The translations under genes and the position numbers were made by a program. The notes beneath the pieces were generated by a model. That model did no database searches, was not told the origin of the DNA, and worked only from the letters and a program-made list of their open reading frames with translations. From Chiloscyllium plagiosum (taxonomy: Eukaryota): a stretch of DNA of 64,000 nucleotides. Below, piece by piece: positions 1 to 12,445 of this stretch. The stretch covers positions 11,577,186 to 11,641,185 of the forward strand of contig NC_057718.1 in the NCBI RefSeq assembly GCF_004010195.1. The letters run 5' to 3'. Positions within the stretch are counted from its first letter, which is position 1, and each line of letters opens with the position of its first letter.

Positions 1-385
1 TTCTCGGGTACACCTGATCAGGTCCTGGGGATTTATCCACCTTTAACCATTTCAAGACATCCAGCACTTCCTCCTCTGTAATCTGGATATTTTGCAAGAT
101 GTCACCATCTATTTCCCTACAGTCTATATCTTCCATGTCCTTTTCCACAGTAAATACTGAAGCAAAATATTCATTTAGTATCTCCCCCATTTTCTGTGGC
201 TCCACACAAAGGCCGCCTTGCTGATCTTTGAGGGGCCCTATTCTCTCCCTAGTTACCCTTTTGTCCTTAATATATTTGTAAAAACCCTTTGGATCCTCCT
301 TAATTCTATTTGCTAAAGCTATCTCATGTCCCCTTTTTTGCTCTCCTGATTTCCCTATTAAGTATACTCCTACTTCCTTTATACT
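1..385 (-). mobile_element. CR1/HER1 LINE ORF2 fragment
   Basis: Minus strand reads ...LKWLKVDKSPGPDQVYPR, a CR1 ORF2 motif. Confidence 0.8.
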
Positions 386-3300
386 GATATCCTAATATGT
401 CTTTTCTAAACCCTTTGAAACCATGTTGACTATCCCGAATCAGTCCTTGCCTTTCCTGTTGCAGGGAGACCAGAATCGCACACAATATTCCAACGTGGCC
501 TCACCAATCTCATAACATGTTGTTAGAATCCCATTTACAGGCAGTACCCAATCTATGCACATTCAACTTTGTCAGCCTAACGAATAACAATTGTAAGGAT
601 CCAATGTGTGAAGAATGCTTACAAACTGTCATTTTATACCACATGGTGTTCTGATGTGCGTTCAAATCGAAACTACGAACATACTCAGGAACCTGGGGAT
701 AGCCTGGGGAAATGACAACAATGCTAAATCATTCCAGAGATCTGTCCATCTCCCTATGATTCTTGAGAACATTACAATTTTAACTGTGGCAAGTGATAAC
801 ATGACAGTTAGATGGTTGTTTCTGACCGGTGTGGACATGATGGGCTGAAGGGCCTTATACTGTGCTGCAGATCTTCACAACTCCATGACAATGACAATTC
901 TCAGAATATCAGTGTGAATTGTTAATGTCAGAATGATACAGAATAGACAGACAAAATAGACACATGTCCACATAATATCTCAATGATAGCCTAGGAGATC
1001 ATATTACAATATTACTGAGGAAATTAATACATACCAGGATGATAATCTGGTGTATTATTAATGTCAGAATGATATTCCACAGCTTGCCAATATTGCAATG
1101 ATACCTGAGGGAATGATAATGTTGCAACTGTACCTAGAATCAGCTATTTCAGACTGAGATGAAGAGAAATATCTTCAGACAAAGAATTAAGAATCGTTGG
1201 TTTTCTCCACTCAGGAAGTGATGGGTGCCCTCTCACCCTGCCTTGTAGCTACCCTGACCAGGTCCACAGCAGTGATGTGTCTCACTGGTCTGTCTGTGCC
1301 ACCTTCACATGTCCATGCTTGTACAACTGTGATACCTATCATCCAAATACATCTTGGTCACCCCCTCATTTAACCTGTCCTTCTGTCACCCACCAGAAAA
1401 GATCTCTGTTGCTTTCCAGCTCTGGTCAAAAGGCTGAAACGCTGACATTTTCTTTTCTGGATGTTGCTTTTGAGACTCCCTAACTCTTGGAAATTCAAAC
1501 AGCTCTTTAGTTTAAACCTGTCTCTGGGCATCCACATTTCTGCTTTCTCTCCATGATCTTGACTATTGTAGTAAAGATTGCTGAGGCACACAGGACAGTG
1601 AACAGAAGGTGGCATCTTAGGAGTCTTTTACTTGTTACCAGATTGAGTTTTCTTGTTCTCAACACATCATTCATCTTCACAATCTAGCTTCTGACCCTTC
1701 CTGCGTTTTCCACTTTGTCATCTTTCTGTGGAGGATGCTCGCTCACTGAGTGCATGTTAGTCAGGGGTCGATAGAGTTTTGAACACCGAGGGAATAAAGG
1801 GATAATGGGGGTAGAGTATGAAGGAGATTTAGAGGTAGCTCAGCTTGATTGATAGAGCAGGCTTGAGGACTATATGGCATTCACTATTTCCTATGTTAGT
1901 TAAGAATATCACAGAAACATTTCAGGGAATTGGTGCGATTGCAATAATACAGCCTCCATAGCTTATAGAGTCCAGATCCAAAACAGACAACCACTTATAA
2001 TGACAGAAGGGCACCAGCTTATGATCTGTGAGTATTAGTTACCACAGATGTCACCTACAGTTTAACAGCTCCATTTATTTTGGGCAGAAGGAGTTGTACT
2101 CCCTCATCCTCATGTCCCTCATGCCTATTCTTCCTATTGACCTCCTCTGCAGTGACCTGTGTGCTACTCTCAATCCTCTTGCCTAATTCACATTGCCACG
2201 GACTTTACAATGCCATCTCGTCAGGTACTAAAAGGGCCACAGCTTCTTCCCCCAGCAATCTTCACCATTTCTGTTCCTTTGGCATTTGTCAGCTTTGCTG
2301 AGATATTGAAGGAATTATCCAATATCAGGTCTGAGAGAGAGTTTATTCGGTCTCTCGTGCTCTCTCTCACTATAACACACCAAATGCAAATTCAGATATC
2401 TTCACCGTCGTCAACCAGCTGGCAGAGAAAAGCATCAGCAATGGTGCTGTACACTGTGGATTGCAAATGCCTTTAATAACAAAAAAGGAAATATAACTTA
2501 AAGTGATAGCCTAATGGATTATAATTACTGTACCAGAATTGTACTTGACCCCAAGTTAATGTAAAACTATTAAAGCTGGCAAATTAGTTCATAACAATAC
2601 TCTAGGGCAATGTAAATACTCTAATACTTTGTTAAAGAAATACATTTATCAATCTGTGTAGGTAGTAAATATTGTGTTAATGGCTGCATTGTTTCAGAAG
2701 GAGGCCAGTCTGTCCATTGCACCTGCACCAGTTTGTTAACTGAGCATCATTACCCAGTGGCTTACAATAACAGGGTGTTAATAGAACATGTTATACTAAT
2801 GCGCAACAGTTCAGACAACCTGCTTGTATTAAATTTATTTGTTCACAGGGTGTAGCTGTCGATGGTGCCCGTCCGAATTTCCAGAAAATGGTGACTAACC
2901 ACCTTTTTGAACGACAGAGGAGCAAGCTGTTGCTGTGGTGAGACAGGTTCAAATCCCATCATGCTCTCTGCTGGAATTTGAATTCTGTTTGTAAATCTGG
3001 AATTAAAAGCTGGTTTTAGTCATGGCTGTTAGGTCAAAGCCCCAGAGCTGCTTTCTGAGCTACCTGGGTAAGAGTACTGCTGCAATGATTACCTCAATAT
3101 CAAGGATTGATAACATTTACAAGGAGGCCAAGTATTTTTTTTAATACAACAAAAAATTTTCCTTTTGGCAGATAAAGTATTGGATTAATCAACTTAAATT
3201 CAACAAATGAGGATATCACTTGGCTTTGCGTTTACAAAATAAAGAAAACGGAGAATGCAAAGTCCAGGGCTACATGATGGAAGTCTTTACAATTTCCAAA

Positions 3301-3649
3301 GATTTGGACAGGGTGGTTAGAAGCACACGGTTTCCAGTTGCTGGGGGATGTAGAATGAGTGACCATAGATACGAGACTCAGAGTCGAGAACTGAGCATGG
3401 GAAATTAACTTTGAGGGTCAATGACTACATAGGCTCCACAGCAGTGCTTTACCCTCAGAAAATCTCCTTCTACTTTTAAAAAGTTTACACAAAGGAAATT
3501 GCTCTCCCTGTTATAGAAGCATCCCATTTTTCTATTGACCATACCCCTCCCAAAAAGGGGGCGACATAGGTCAGATGATGGACAGCCTTTGAGGTTATTA
3601 CCTTTGGAACAGTCTGTGCTACACCCAACCACAGCAATCAGATATCGCC

Positions 3650-4800
3650 ACTCGCAAGGTTACTGTTCATTGAAGCTAGGTGTTTTGTTAACGTTCGGTG
3701 AACAAGACGTTTTCGAGGAGTAATATTCAATACAAAGACGATGACACTGAACAACTAGCTCAGAGGCACTGTCCTCTAGAATTGAAGTCTCACTAGGCAG
3801 CAGCAATGTTCAGAGAATCAGGCCTGCTATGACTACAATCCAACCTCACATTTTACTTCAGTCTCCAAGAGCACAGCTTTGCTGGCTGGTTGCTCAGGAA
3901 GTCTCATGTCTGCACACGGCTCTATTCTCTTGGGCGTCAAGACCCCTAATTTGGGAATGCACTGTGTACACAAGAGTATGAGTTGCAATTCCAACATCAC
4001 TGCATTGAAAACTTGGGTGTTCACAAAGCAGGTTCTGTCCATTTCATAAGATGATGAGACAAGTGCAAGTCCAAGGTATCCATCAAAAAGGTCAAAGTCC
4101 CACACAATGCCATCACCTCATCCAACTGGATTCTGACTGAATCTTTGCTGCTACAAAATTAGCTGAAGGACCTTTGTGAAGTTGTCCAGTCTCTGATGTT
4201 ACAAGTTATTCCTGATGTCCAGAGTTACATTTGCCTCCATCTTTCTCAAATCCCAGATGTACTATTTTTCTCTTGCAGCCTGCAGGGATTTGTATAACTG
4301 CCCACCTACCCTGCCTGGTACGTCAGTATATGTGAACGCAGAAGTCCTGATAAGCCGGAACTCAAACTCGGCATTTGGAACACTGAACTCCCTCCTGAGC
4401 TTTTCCCAATATTGTCCGGATGCTTACAGAAATTACGATGATGTAAATGGTAATTGTGCTTTGGAAAACATATTAAGATTTGAAAAGCTTTGCATCTTGA
4501 ATCTACCACTGCGTTGTAACTGCTCTAAATTGCCTGATCAGAATTGACCTGAATGCCTAATTCACTGCTTCCAAATCCATTTCTGACAGATTTATTATGA
4601 AATCCCTTCAGCAGTCCTGTTGTCTTCCCCAGCCCATGTGCCAACCCATCCACTGGACAGCGTTATCGCGCACTCCTCCAGAATTCCCACACTGATCTGA
4701 AATCCAAAGGTGACTAAATGACTACGGATGGTGCTTCCATTGTCCTCAACCTTTACTTCCCTGGTATACATTAGACATATCCCACTGAGATAACATGATC
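3650..4800 (-). pseudogene. Decayed NACHT-domain (NLR family) coding relic in THBS2 intron 4; boundaries approximate
   Basis: Collinear motif remnants across stops and frameshifts: GLGKTT (4618-4635), LRKMEANVTLDI (4214-4249), RLDNFTKVLQ (4163-4192), VAA, WI/LGLAL (4061-4082), KLGVL. These resemble fish/shark NLR GIGKTT...LEKAEISVWAEI...RKEYFNKFF...VAA...CWILGLSL with consistent spacing. Confidence 0.55.
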
Positions 4801-5829
4801 TTGCCTGCTTTATAAGGTACAGCCTCCTTCCATTATTAGACTTTCCAATTTTCTCTGCATGACAACCTCTGCATTAATACCATTCTTGGGGGTCTGCATG
4901 GCTTCAATCGGAGAGAGCTGGAAACCAGCTAATAAACATTTATTAGTTGGATAGGTATGGAGGGATATGGACCAAACGCAAGCAAATGTGGCTAGTTTAG
5001 TTGTGAAAACTGGGCGCATGGTCAAGTTGACCCAAAGGGCCTGTTTCCATGCTGTAGTTCTTGTTAACTCTTTGCAAGGTAGACTGCTGCAGGATTTTAT
5101 TGCAATCTCTCTCTCTTAGGTTCCAGCTGCACGTGTATTGATATCATCAATGACGCACCTTAACAAGTGGTAGAATAGTGACCAAGCCCTTATCCTCCAG
5201 TATTTTCTTTAATGAGGACATGGGGATGATTCCTCAGGGAACCCTCTTCTTTACTTTCTTTTTCTTTCATGGAATGTGGGAGTCACTGGCAAGGGCCAGT
5301 ATTCGTTCCCTGCCCCTAACTGCCCTTGAACAGAGTGAGTTTCTCCATCATTTCAGAGGGTAGTTAAGTGTTGACTCACACCACCCATTGCTATGGGTCT
5401 GGAGTTGTGTGTAAGCCAGACTGGGTATGGATAGCAGATTTCCTGCCTCAGAGAAAATCAGCAAAGCAGACAGGTCTTTATAACAAATCGATAGTTTAAT
5501 GGTCCCCATTACAGAGACCAGCTTTATAATTCCAGACATAATTAATTGAATTTAAATTCCACCAGCTGTAATGGTGGGACTTTAACACATGTCCTCAGAG
5601 CATTTGCCTCTGGATTTCTGGTCCGGTGACATTTCCATATGACCAGCAGATCCAGCACAGGATCATACTGGCCTGTTCCTGAGAGTCTTTACCCTTCCTC
5701 TGCAGCTGACCTTCCCACTGTTCATATCCTTGGGAAAGGGAGCGCAGAAATCTTAAGTTTCTGACTAATTTATTTCTTTATCGTGTTCTCTTCTGTACAT
5801 TTTCTGTTCAGCTTGGTTCCCCACTGTGT

Positions 5830-6105
5830 GATGGATCTGAGTCAGGGAGATCACGTCAAACCAAGCTGGCTGTTTTTGAGGATGTTGCTAACAGCGTGGA
5901 CGAGGTGGTCTGCACAGGCTGTCAAACTGGGTTTGCCAAAGGTCCTCTGCACAGGAGATGGCTGGGAAAAACACAAGGTTTCGAAATAATGCGGTGGCAT
6001 GGGTCGTTATCTGGCTGGGAGAAGGGATGCCATTGTAATAGCCATCTCCAGTTGGGGCTTTGCCTCCATGTCATGAAGGCAGTTTTCCATTTATTAACCT
6101 TTTGA
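5830..6105 (+). mobile_element. Ancient CR1 reverse transcriptase remnant
   Basis: LAVFEDVANSVDEVV...FAKGPLHRRWLGK resembles CR1 LLEFFEDVT..VD...AFDKVPHRRLL.K. Confidence 0.55.
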
Positions 6106-8282
6106 ACTCAGCCGGCTCACACAGACAGCTCCCACGTAATGACACAGCGTGGGAGACTAACAACCGAGCAGGCTTTTTCTCGACCAGGCCTGAGCTCCAA
6201 CAGAAGGCAGCCACTGTCTCACACTGCCACAACAAAACAGCTCCCATTTCACAGTTTGGTGAGGACATGTTCCAAGCGGGAATGTAAGCAACCTCCCTCA
6301 ACCGCCCCCACCCTCCCCTCCGGGCACCAATGAGCCAAAAACCAAATTGCTGCTGATGCCCGCAGAGAATGACAATGAGTAATCGCTGTCAGCAAGTGGT
6401 GCCTTTTTCATTGGCACGTGTGCCTGCTGGGATCCTGCCAGCCACACTCGAGACAAACTGTGTAATGACTGCCAGCAGTGGTGGTTTCAAAGCTCTGCCT
6501 CACAGTGGGTTCCTACGTCGCCACCAAGCTCAGTTGCTCAGCACACTGCTCAGCGTGAACGGGAACCGTGCGACGCTGAGTATGTCCTGGCGTGGAGCCG
6601 ATCTCATGACCTTAGGTAAGACGTGACTGACCGGGAGAAAGTAGAAAACGCAAGGCTGCAGGGCGGGTTAAAGCTAAGGGGCCTGACAGACCATTTCACC
6701 CGCAACATCAATCTGCTCCCCCTTAGCTAAAGGGTATAACCTTACACGGGGACAGTATTTTTGAGTGAAAGAAATGAGGTTTGAGTAAATCCTTTGTGGG
6801 TGGCAGGGGGAGCTGAGGCAGATAGTCCTCCAACCTTTAAACAGTGTGTAGAATGAGCACATGGGGTGTTTGAACTGTCAAGGTTATGGGTCTCGTGTGG
6901 GGAAGTGGGACTAGTGTAGTAAACCTTTGGCAGTACAGACATGATGGGCCGAAGGGCCTCTGCTATATTGTCATGATGCTACGTACTACCATTAACTTGC
7001 TGCCAACGCTGCTCATTCTTCAGCTTTTCTTCAGAGCAGCCTTCCAGTTGCTGATCACCTTCTGACCTTTGTCTTCTCTAAGCTAGCCGAATTATTTATG
7101 TTCAATTGAAACAACAAAGGGGAGGGGGGGAGGCAGGCTTAGCATCACACCAGCTCTGGCACTGCACAGGGCTCCCTCGGTATTGGATGAAAGACCTAGA
7201 CATCAAGTGCCTACGGTGGTGACTGAGGCAGGGCTATTTCAATTCAGAAGACCACAAGACATGGGAGACCATTCAGTCCATCGGATCAGCTCCACTTCTC
7301 AACAAGATCATGACTGATCTGATAATCCTCAATTTCCCTTGATTCCCTTTCTGATTTAAAAACCTCTCCGGCTTGAATATGCTTAATGACCTGGCCTCAA
7401 CCGTTCTCTGCAATAGAGAATCGCTCTGACTCACCCCCCCACATTCCTCCTCAGGCCTCTCTTCAGTAGGTCACCCCGTATTCTCAGATGATGCCCTATG
7501 GTTGTGGAAGTTTCCACCTCAGGGTAACAACCTTTCCTGCGACAACCCTGTCAAACCTCCTAAGAATCTTGTACATCTCAATAGAGGACATGGGAAAGGG
7601 GGAGTCACTCAAAGTACAGCCACTAAGGAAAGAGCAGAGTCTGAATAAAATAAAAGGAAGGTAATGCCAGCAAATAAAAGGGAAGTCAATCTGTCAGCAC
7701 CAGCCGCAGACTGATCAGACTCAGGAGGTTACTCCATCAGCAGTGAGCACACTTATTTCACTCCTTGTTACATTCAGGGATTTTCACTTAGATCGTTAAA
7801 ATAGCAGAATGCTACACCATGTCTGTAATCTAGTCATTAAACTCTAACCCTCACATTGTTTTGTTTTTATAAAGATGTGCAAATGAAGTAAAGATGATGT
7901 AAGAAAAACCTCAGTGAGTAGTTACAGTACTGCCTGGAAATATGCCAGAGGCATGTACAACTGAGGCATCGAGAGAGCACTGGATGGTTATTTGGATAGT
8001 AGTAGCATGCAGTAGGATGGGGAAAAGGCAGGAGATAAGCACTGGGTGATAAACCTATTGCAGGCATGATGGGCTGAATCTACACGATAATCATTCTGTT
8101 ATTCTGGTGAATCTACTTTGCACCTCCCCTCTGGTCACTACATCCCTCCTGAGGTACAATGCCCTGTGTACGGTATGAAGTGCAGTAATCCAGCAGCAGC
8201 CTAACCAGAGATCTATACAACTGGAGCATAACCTCCAATCCCTTCGGACCCCAGCCACCTTGAGAAGTAGTTCTGGTAACCA

Positions 8283-8460
8283 TGATTTGGAGATGCCGGT
8301 GTTGGACTGGGGTGTACAAAGTTACAAATCACACGACACCATGTTATAGTCCAACTAGCTTTCAGAGCGCCGCTCCTTCATGAAGAGGTAGTGCTCTGAA
8401 AGCTAGTGCTTCCAATTAAACCTGTTGGACTATAACCTGGTGTTGTGTGATTTGTAACTT
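8283..8460. mobile_element. Penelope-type inverted-repeat insertion (family B) with degenerate hammerhead motifs
   Basis: Internal inverted repeat (aagttacaaatcacacgacacca... / ...tggtgttgtgtgatttgtaactt), flanked by gtaacca repeats. Absent from the paralogous segment at 10525-10738. Confidence 0.7.
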
Positions 8461-8814
8461 CCAGTAACCACTGCATTTTTTTTTCACATTGTCGTTAGTT
8501 TTAAATCATGTCTGCATTGGGACGGCTGTCCCTTCACAGTTCCTTACTCCCTCCCTTTAGAAAACACTTGACCTGTCTTTCTAAATACTGCAGATGCTGG
8601 AAGTCTGAAACAAAGACAAAACATTCCAGAAATGCTCAGCAGCTCAAGCAGCAACTGCGGAGACAGAAACAGAGTTCACACTTCAGTGCCATAATCCAGT
8701 GTTCTGGCAACAGGTCACCCATCTGAAACATTAATTCAGATTCTATGTTTCCCTCTCTCTTTCTCTGTGTTGCCTGCTCAAATCTTTTTTTGGAGTTAGA
8801 AATGATTCATAGAA

Positions 8815-9075
8815 TCTCTACACAGTGTAGAAAGAGACTATTAGTCTGCATCAACCCTGCAAACAGCCTTCCCCCACAGTTAATCCAAATTGCCTGTATA
8901 TCCCTGAACACTACAGGACAATTTAGCACGGCCAACCCACCTAACCCAGACATCTTTGTGCTCAGTGGGAGGAAACCCACACAGACACAGTAACAACATG
9001 CAAACTCCACAAAGACCAAAGTCACCCAATGCTGGGAATGAACCCTGGTGCACTGAGCCACTTGCTCAACCACTT
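8815..9075 (-). mobile_element. Degenerate HE1/V-SINE
   Basis: Minus strand has gagtttgcatgtt...gtgtctgtgtgggtttcctccc...ggccgtgctaaattgtcc, the V-SINE core. Confidence 0.65.
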
Positions 9076-11192
9076 GTAATGTGTTTCAAATGAAGATGGA
9101 GGCTAGTGTCTACTGGTAAGGAATTCAAAACGTTTCTCGGCGATGCACATTTCCTGCTGTCATAATGGTTTCGCAAGAAAGATTAACAAATATTTAAAAG
9201 GCTTGGGGATATCTGGAGACAGTTGGTGCTTCTAGTGACTGATCTCCCTAATTTATTATTTTACTGTCTGGTACCTGACTTGTAGTAATTTGGCAGAAAC
9301 ATAACAAATATCAACGCAGATACAGCAACTGTTGTCATTGCTCCAAAAAGCAACAGTGGAACTATCTTTTCAACAAAATGACTCCAATGATGTCCAGTCT
9401 TTTAATGATAAGTATGAGAGTCTCTGAATAAAGGGAGCTAGGTTTGTCCACACTGGGAAAAGCAAAAGATATTCCTGAGGAGGAAAACGGTTCAAAGTTT
9501 TGAAATGATATCCACCTAAAAAGAGTGATTGGACCCGGGAACTAATAAAGGCTTAAGCTTTTGATAAAGTTTAACTCTCGGCATTAGGAATGCTGGAAAC
9601 ACTCAGCAGGTCAGGCAGCACCAGTGGAGTAAGCAACGCACGGACAAGAATTCCAGTCGGCAGAAATGGAGCTGAAATGCTAACACCAGCTGCCCTCTCT
9701 AACAGATTCCGACTTCAAACTTCCAGCATCTGCAGCCTATTGCTTTGCCTTTATGGAGTTGTCTGCCACCTAGCGCAGGGAATGGTTAAACCAATTTGGA
9801 AACCAAATAATACATGGTGTAAGTCCTGAGCCAGTTACAGGAATGATGATGGAGCTCCTCATTGTAAGGGGAGGTAGCTGATTGAAGTTTAAGCTGGTTC
9901 CTCCACAAAGCTCTGAATAAGGCCAGCAAAATGGAAAACAACATTTCCCCTACCATCACGTCATTTTGTCTTTTATTATTGGTCTTTGCTATTTCTGTCT
10001 GAAAATATTTTACTGATCTTGAACTAAAGCTATCCTGACAATATAAACTGTTCAGAGCTGTCCTCTACAATAGGTACATAGGACTGAAATACTCTTCTAT
10101 ATCCTGCTATTATCAATTAATATTTTGGTATAACTACAGTACTAACATTTTAGGGATAAACAATCCACATACTTTTTATTAAATCGTATTCCAATCCAAC
10201 CACCAGGTCATCAAAGCAAATCAACCTTGAGAGACTTTAAAACAATCCACTTTGATAATACACATATATTCTAAGCTGGAGACAGCAGTTCCCTCTCTTT
10301 AGTTCTCCAACAATTCCCATAAATAATCCCCAACTTCGAAAGCATTTTCTAAATCCACTTGTTTGTTAAATGGAATTAAATGGGAAACTGTTGCTGTGAT
10401 CTGTGATCAGCTCTCTGACTGGGGCCAAGGCAAACAGCTCCACTCAATCAGATGGCAGCCAATGCTCCCAATTACACCCTTGGATCGATCACCATAAGCG
10501 CAGCAGGGCACCATCCCATTGATTAATCTACTTTGCACCTCCCCTCTGGTCACTACATCCCTCTGAGGTACAATGTCTGGTGTATAGAGTGCAGTAATTC
10601 AGCAGCAGCCTAACCAGAGATCTACACAACTGGAACATAACTTGCAATCCCTTTAGACCCAGCCACCTTGAGAAGAAGTTTCAGTAACCACTGCATTTTT
10701 TTTGTCACATTGCCTTTAGCTTTAAATCATGTCTGCATAATTTAATAGAGAACGCTTAACAGAGACCAATTGCATTTTGAGAACATAACAATAGTGATGG
10801 TGTAAACTACTTGGCCGACTAAGCCTGTTCCCCCATTCATCACGGTTCATCTTGTCCTTGCCTTTCCTGCTCACTCCATCAATTACTTGAAAGGACAAAG
10901 ATCTGCCTCTCGCCATCCTAAGTGCATTCTGCTCTGGAGCATCCACAGCCTTCTGGGAGAGAGGATTCCGAAGCCACACAACCCTCTAAGTGTCAGTGGT
11001 CATCCCCTTACCCTGAGGCTGTGCCCCGTGCTGTACATTCTCCAGCTGGAGCTGGGGAACCTCTCAGTGCCCACCCTGTCAAGCCCCTTCGGAGTTCCAG
11101 TGCGTTCCCACTGCTGCGTTTCAACTCAAAAGCTGAGAAACAATTCGAAGCCACCTCTAGCACCCAGCAGCAGCCAAGAAATCAGACCTTAC

Positions 11193-11271
11193 CTATCTGC
11201 AGACAGCCATTACTCTGGAGAATATCCACTATCGATGAGCCAAATATTAGGTGCATGTTCTGCAAGTAGCC
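11193..11271 (-). CDS. THBS2: Thrombospondin-2-like, exon 4 (GYLQNMHLIFGSSIVDILQSNGCLQI)
   Basis: Matches THBS2 GLLQNVHLVFENSVEDILSKKGC. Acceptor tgtcctcAG, donor G|GTAAGG, 79 nt, in frame with exon 3. Confidence 0.93.
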
Positions 11272-11495
11272 CTGAGGACAGAATGGAAACACCTTTAATT
11301 TATAAGAGTTAGGACTGAGGTATTGAAAAAAGCAAATCCATTTCTCATTAAGGAATATCATTTTGGAAACCATTAGATAAAACATTGGAAATGACTGAAT
11401 ACTGTTAATTATATGAGTAGACAGTTGGGCTGAAGAATCTAATTTCTCCAGCTATGTCAGTGTTAGGTTGTCAGAAAAGGAGGTAGGATACATAC

Positions 11496-12049
11496 CCTGA
11501 AGTTGCTGCCTGGTGTTAGTCCTTTAGCCACGTAGAGTTTGCCGTTGGTGGCACTAAGTTGCTCATAAATGGGGTCGTCTAGGATGAAGCTGTCCGCTAG
11601 CTCACAGTCCACATACAGGTTGGCATTCTCTCCATTCACATGGACAGTGATGTTCTTCCACTGGGAGTCAGCAATGTCCACATGGTGGAAGGAGGCCAGG
11701 TTCTGTGTGTTCTCCACCGAGTACTGCAAGTCCAGGCTGTTGTCCACGCCGTTAGAGACGATCTGCAGCTGGCGTTTGTAGCCCGGGCCCTGGATAAGCA
11801 GCAAGGTGCCCCGGGTCTTCCTGTCCTGTCTCAGAGTGGCCGTCAGGATGAAGCCCTCATGGTAGTTCATGAGGCGGAGCAGGGCCTGAAGCTGGTCCCC
11901 AGAGGCAGCCGGGATCTTGTCGAACCGGGAGAAGCGGAAAGCCGGTTTGCGGGGGTCGGGGCCTCGGAACAGCTTCACTCCCGGAGTCTGTCTGTTCACA
12001 TTGCTGATGGCGAACAGGTCAAAGACAGCTTTCTCATCCCGAGGAACAG
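11496..12049 (-). CDS. THBS2: Thrombospondin-2-like, exon 3 (N-terminal laminin G-like/heparin-binding domain)
   Basis: Translation FDLFAISNVNRQTPGVKLFRGPDP...EGFILTATLRQDRKTRGTLL...IADSQWKNITV...VDCELADSFILDDPIYEQL...LYVAKG...NFR is collinear with human THBS2 (FDLFSISNINRK...FRGPDP...LADSQWKNVTV...YVAKG...HFR). Acceptor tccctccAG, donor AGG|GTATGT, 554 nt, phase 1 to phase 0. Confidence 0.95.
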
Positions 12050-12171
12050 CTGGAGGGACACGGGGGAGCAGGAAGGAAAAGAAGGGCAAATTAGTGAGAC
12101 CCAACAATAATGTAACCATGAGGGAGGGGAATGAGCTCAGGGGAGAGGGTGGGGAGCTGGGGGACACTTAC

Positions 12172-12244
12172 CCAGGGGCTGACTCCTGACCCCCAGTGCC
12201 AACAGGACAGGCAGCAAGGCCAGCATCCCATTGCTCAGTAACAT
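12172..12244 (-). CDS. THBS2: Thrombospondin-2-like, exon 2 coding part (signal peptide MLLSNGMLALLPVLLALGVRSQPL); whole exon 12172-12340
   Basis: ATG at 12244 with a second in-frame ATG at 12226, followed by a hydrophobic signal peptide. Donor G|GTAAGT after 12172 (phase 1), acceptor ...tttaaacAG before 12340. Splices in frame to exon 3. Confidence 0.88.
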
Positions 12245-12445
12245 CAGGCTGGCCAGCAGGAGGACAGGGCACCTTCACAAAGCAGTCTCAATCCGAGTCC
12301 CCCCCTTTCACAACGTCCCACACCACTCCGGATTGCCCGCCTGTTTAAAGTGAACAGCAACATTTAATGGCAGGAAAACAATCCGCATCACTAACCCGCG
12401 AATCCGACTCAATTCCACACTGGGGGAGACTTGCAACACAAACAC

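Noticed and set aside
6390..6630. CGWQD peptide resembling the vWC exon (CWQDGR)
   Set aside because: In-frame stops nearby and no continuing similarity.
9274..9423. AG...GT-bounded segment on the minus strand as a possible THBS2 exon 5
   Set aside because: Stop codons in all three frames and no similarity to thrombospondin.
12050..12167. N-terminal extension of the 234-aa ORF (MSPSSPPSPL...)
   Set aside because: Read-through of intron 2; the true N-terminus comes from spliced exon 2.
11569..12189. Plus-strand ORFs overlapping exon 3
   Set aside because: Antisense shadows of a GC-rich coding exon.
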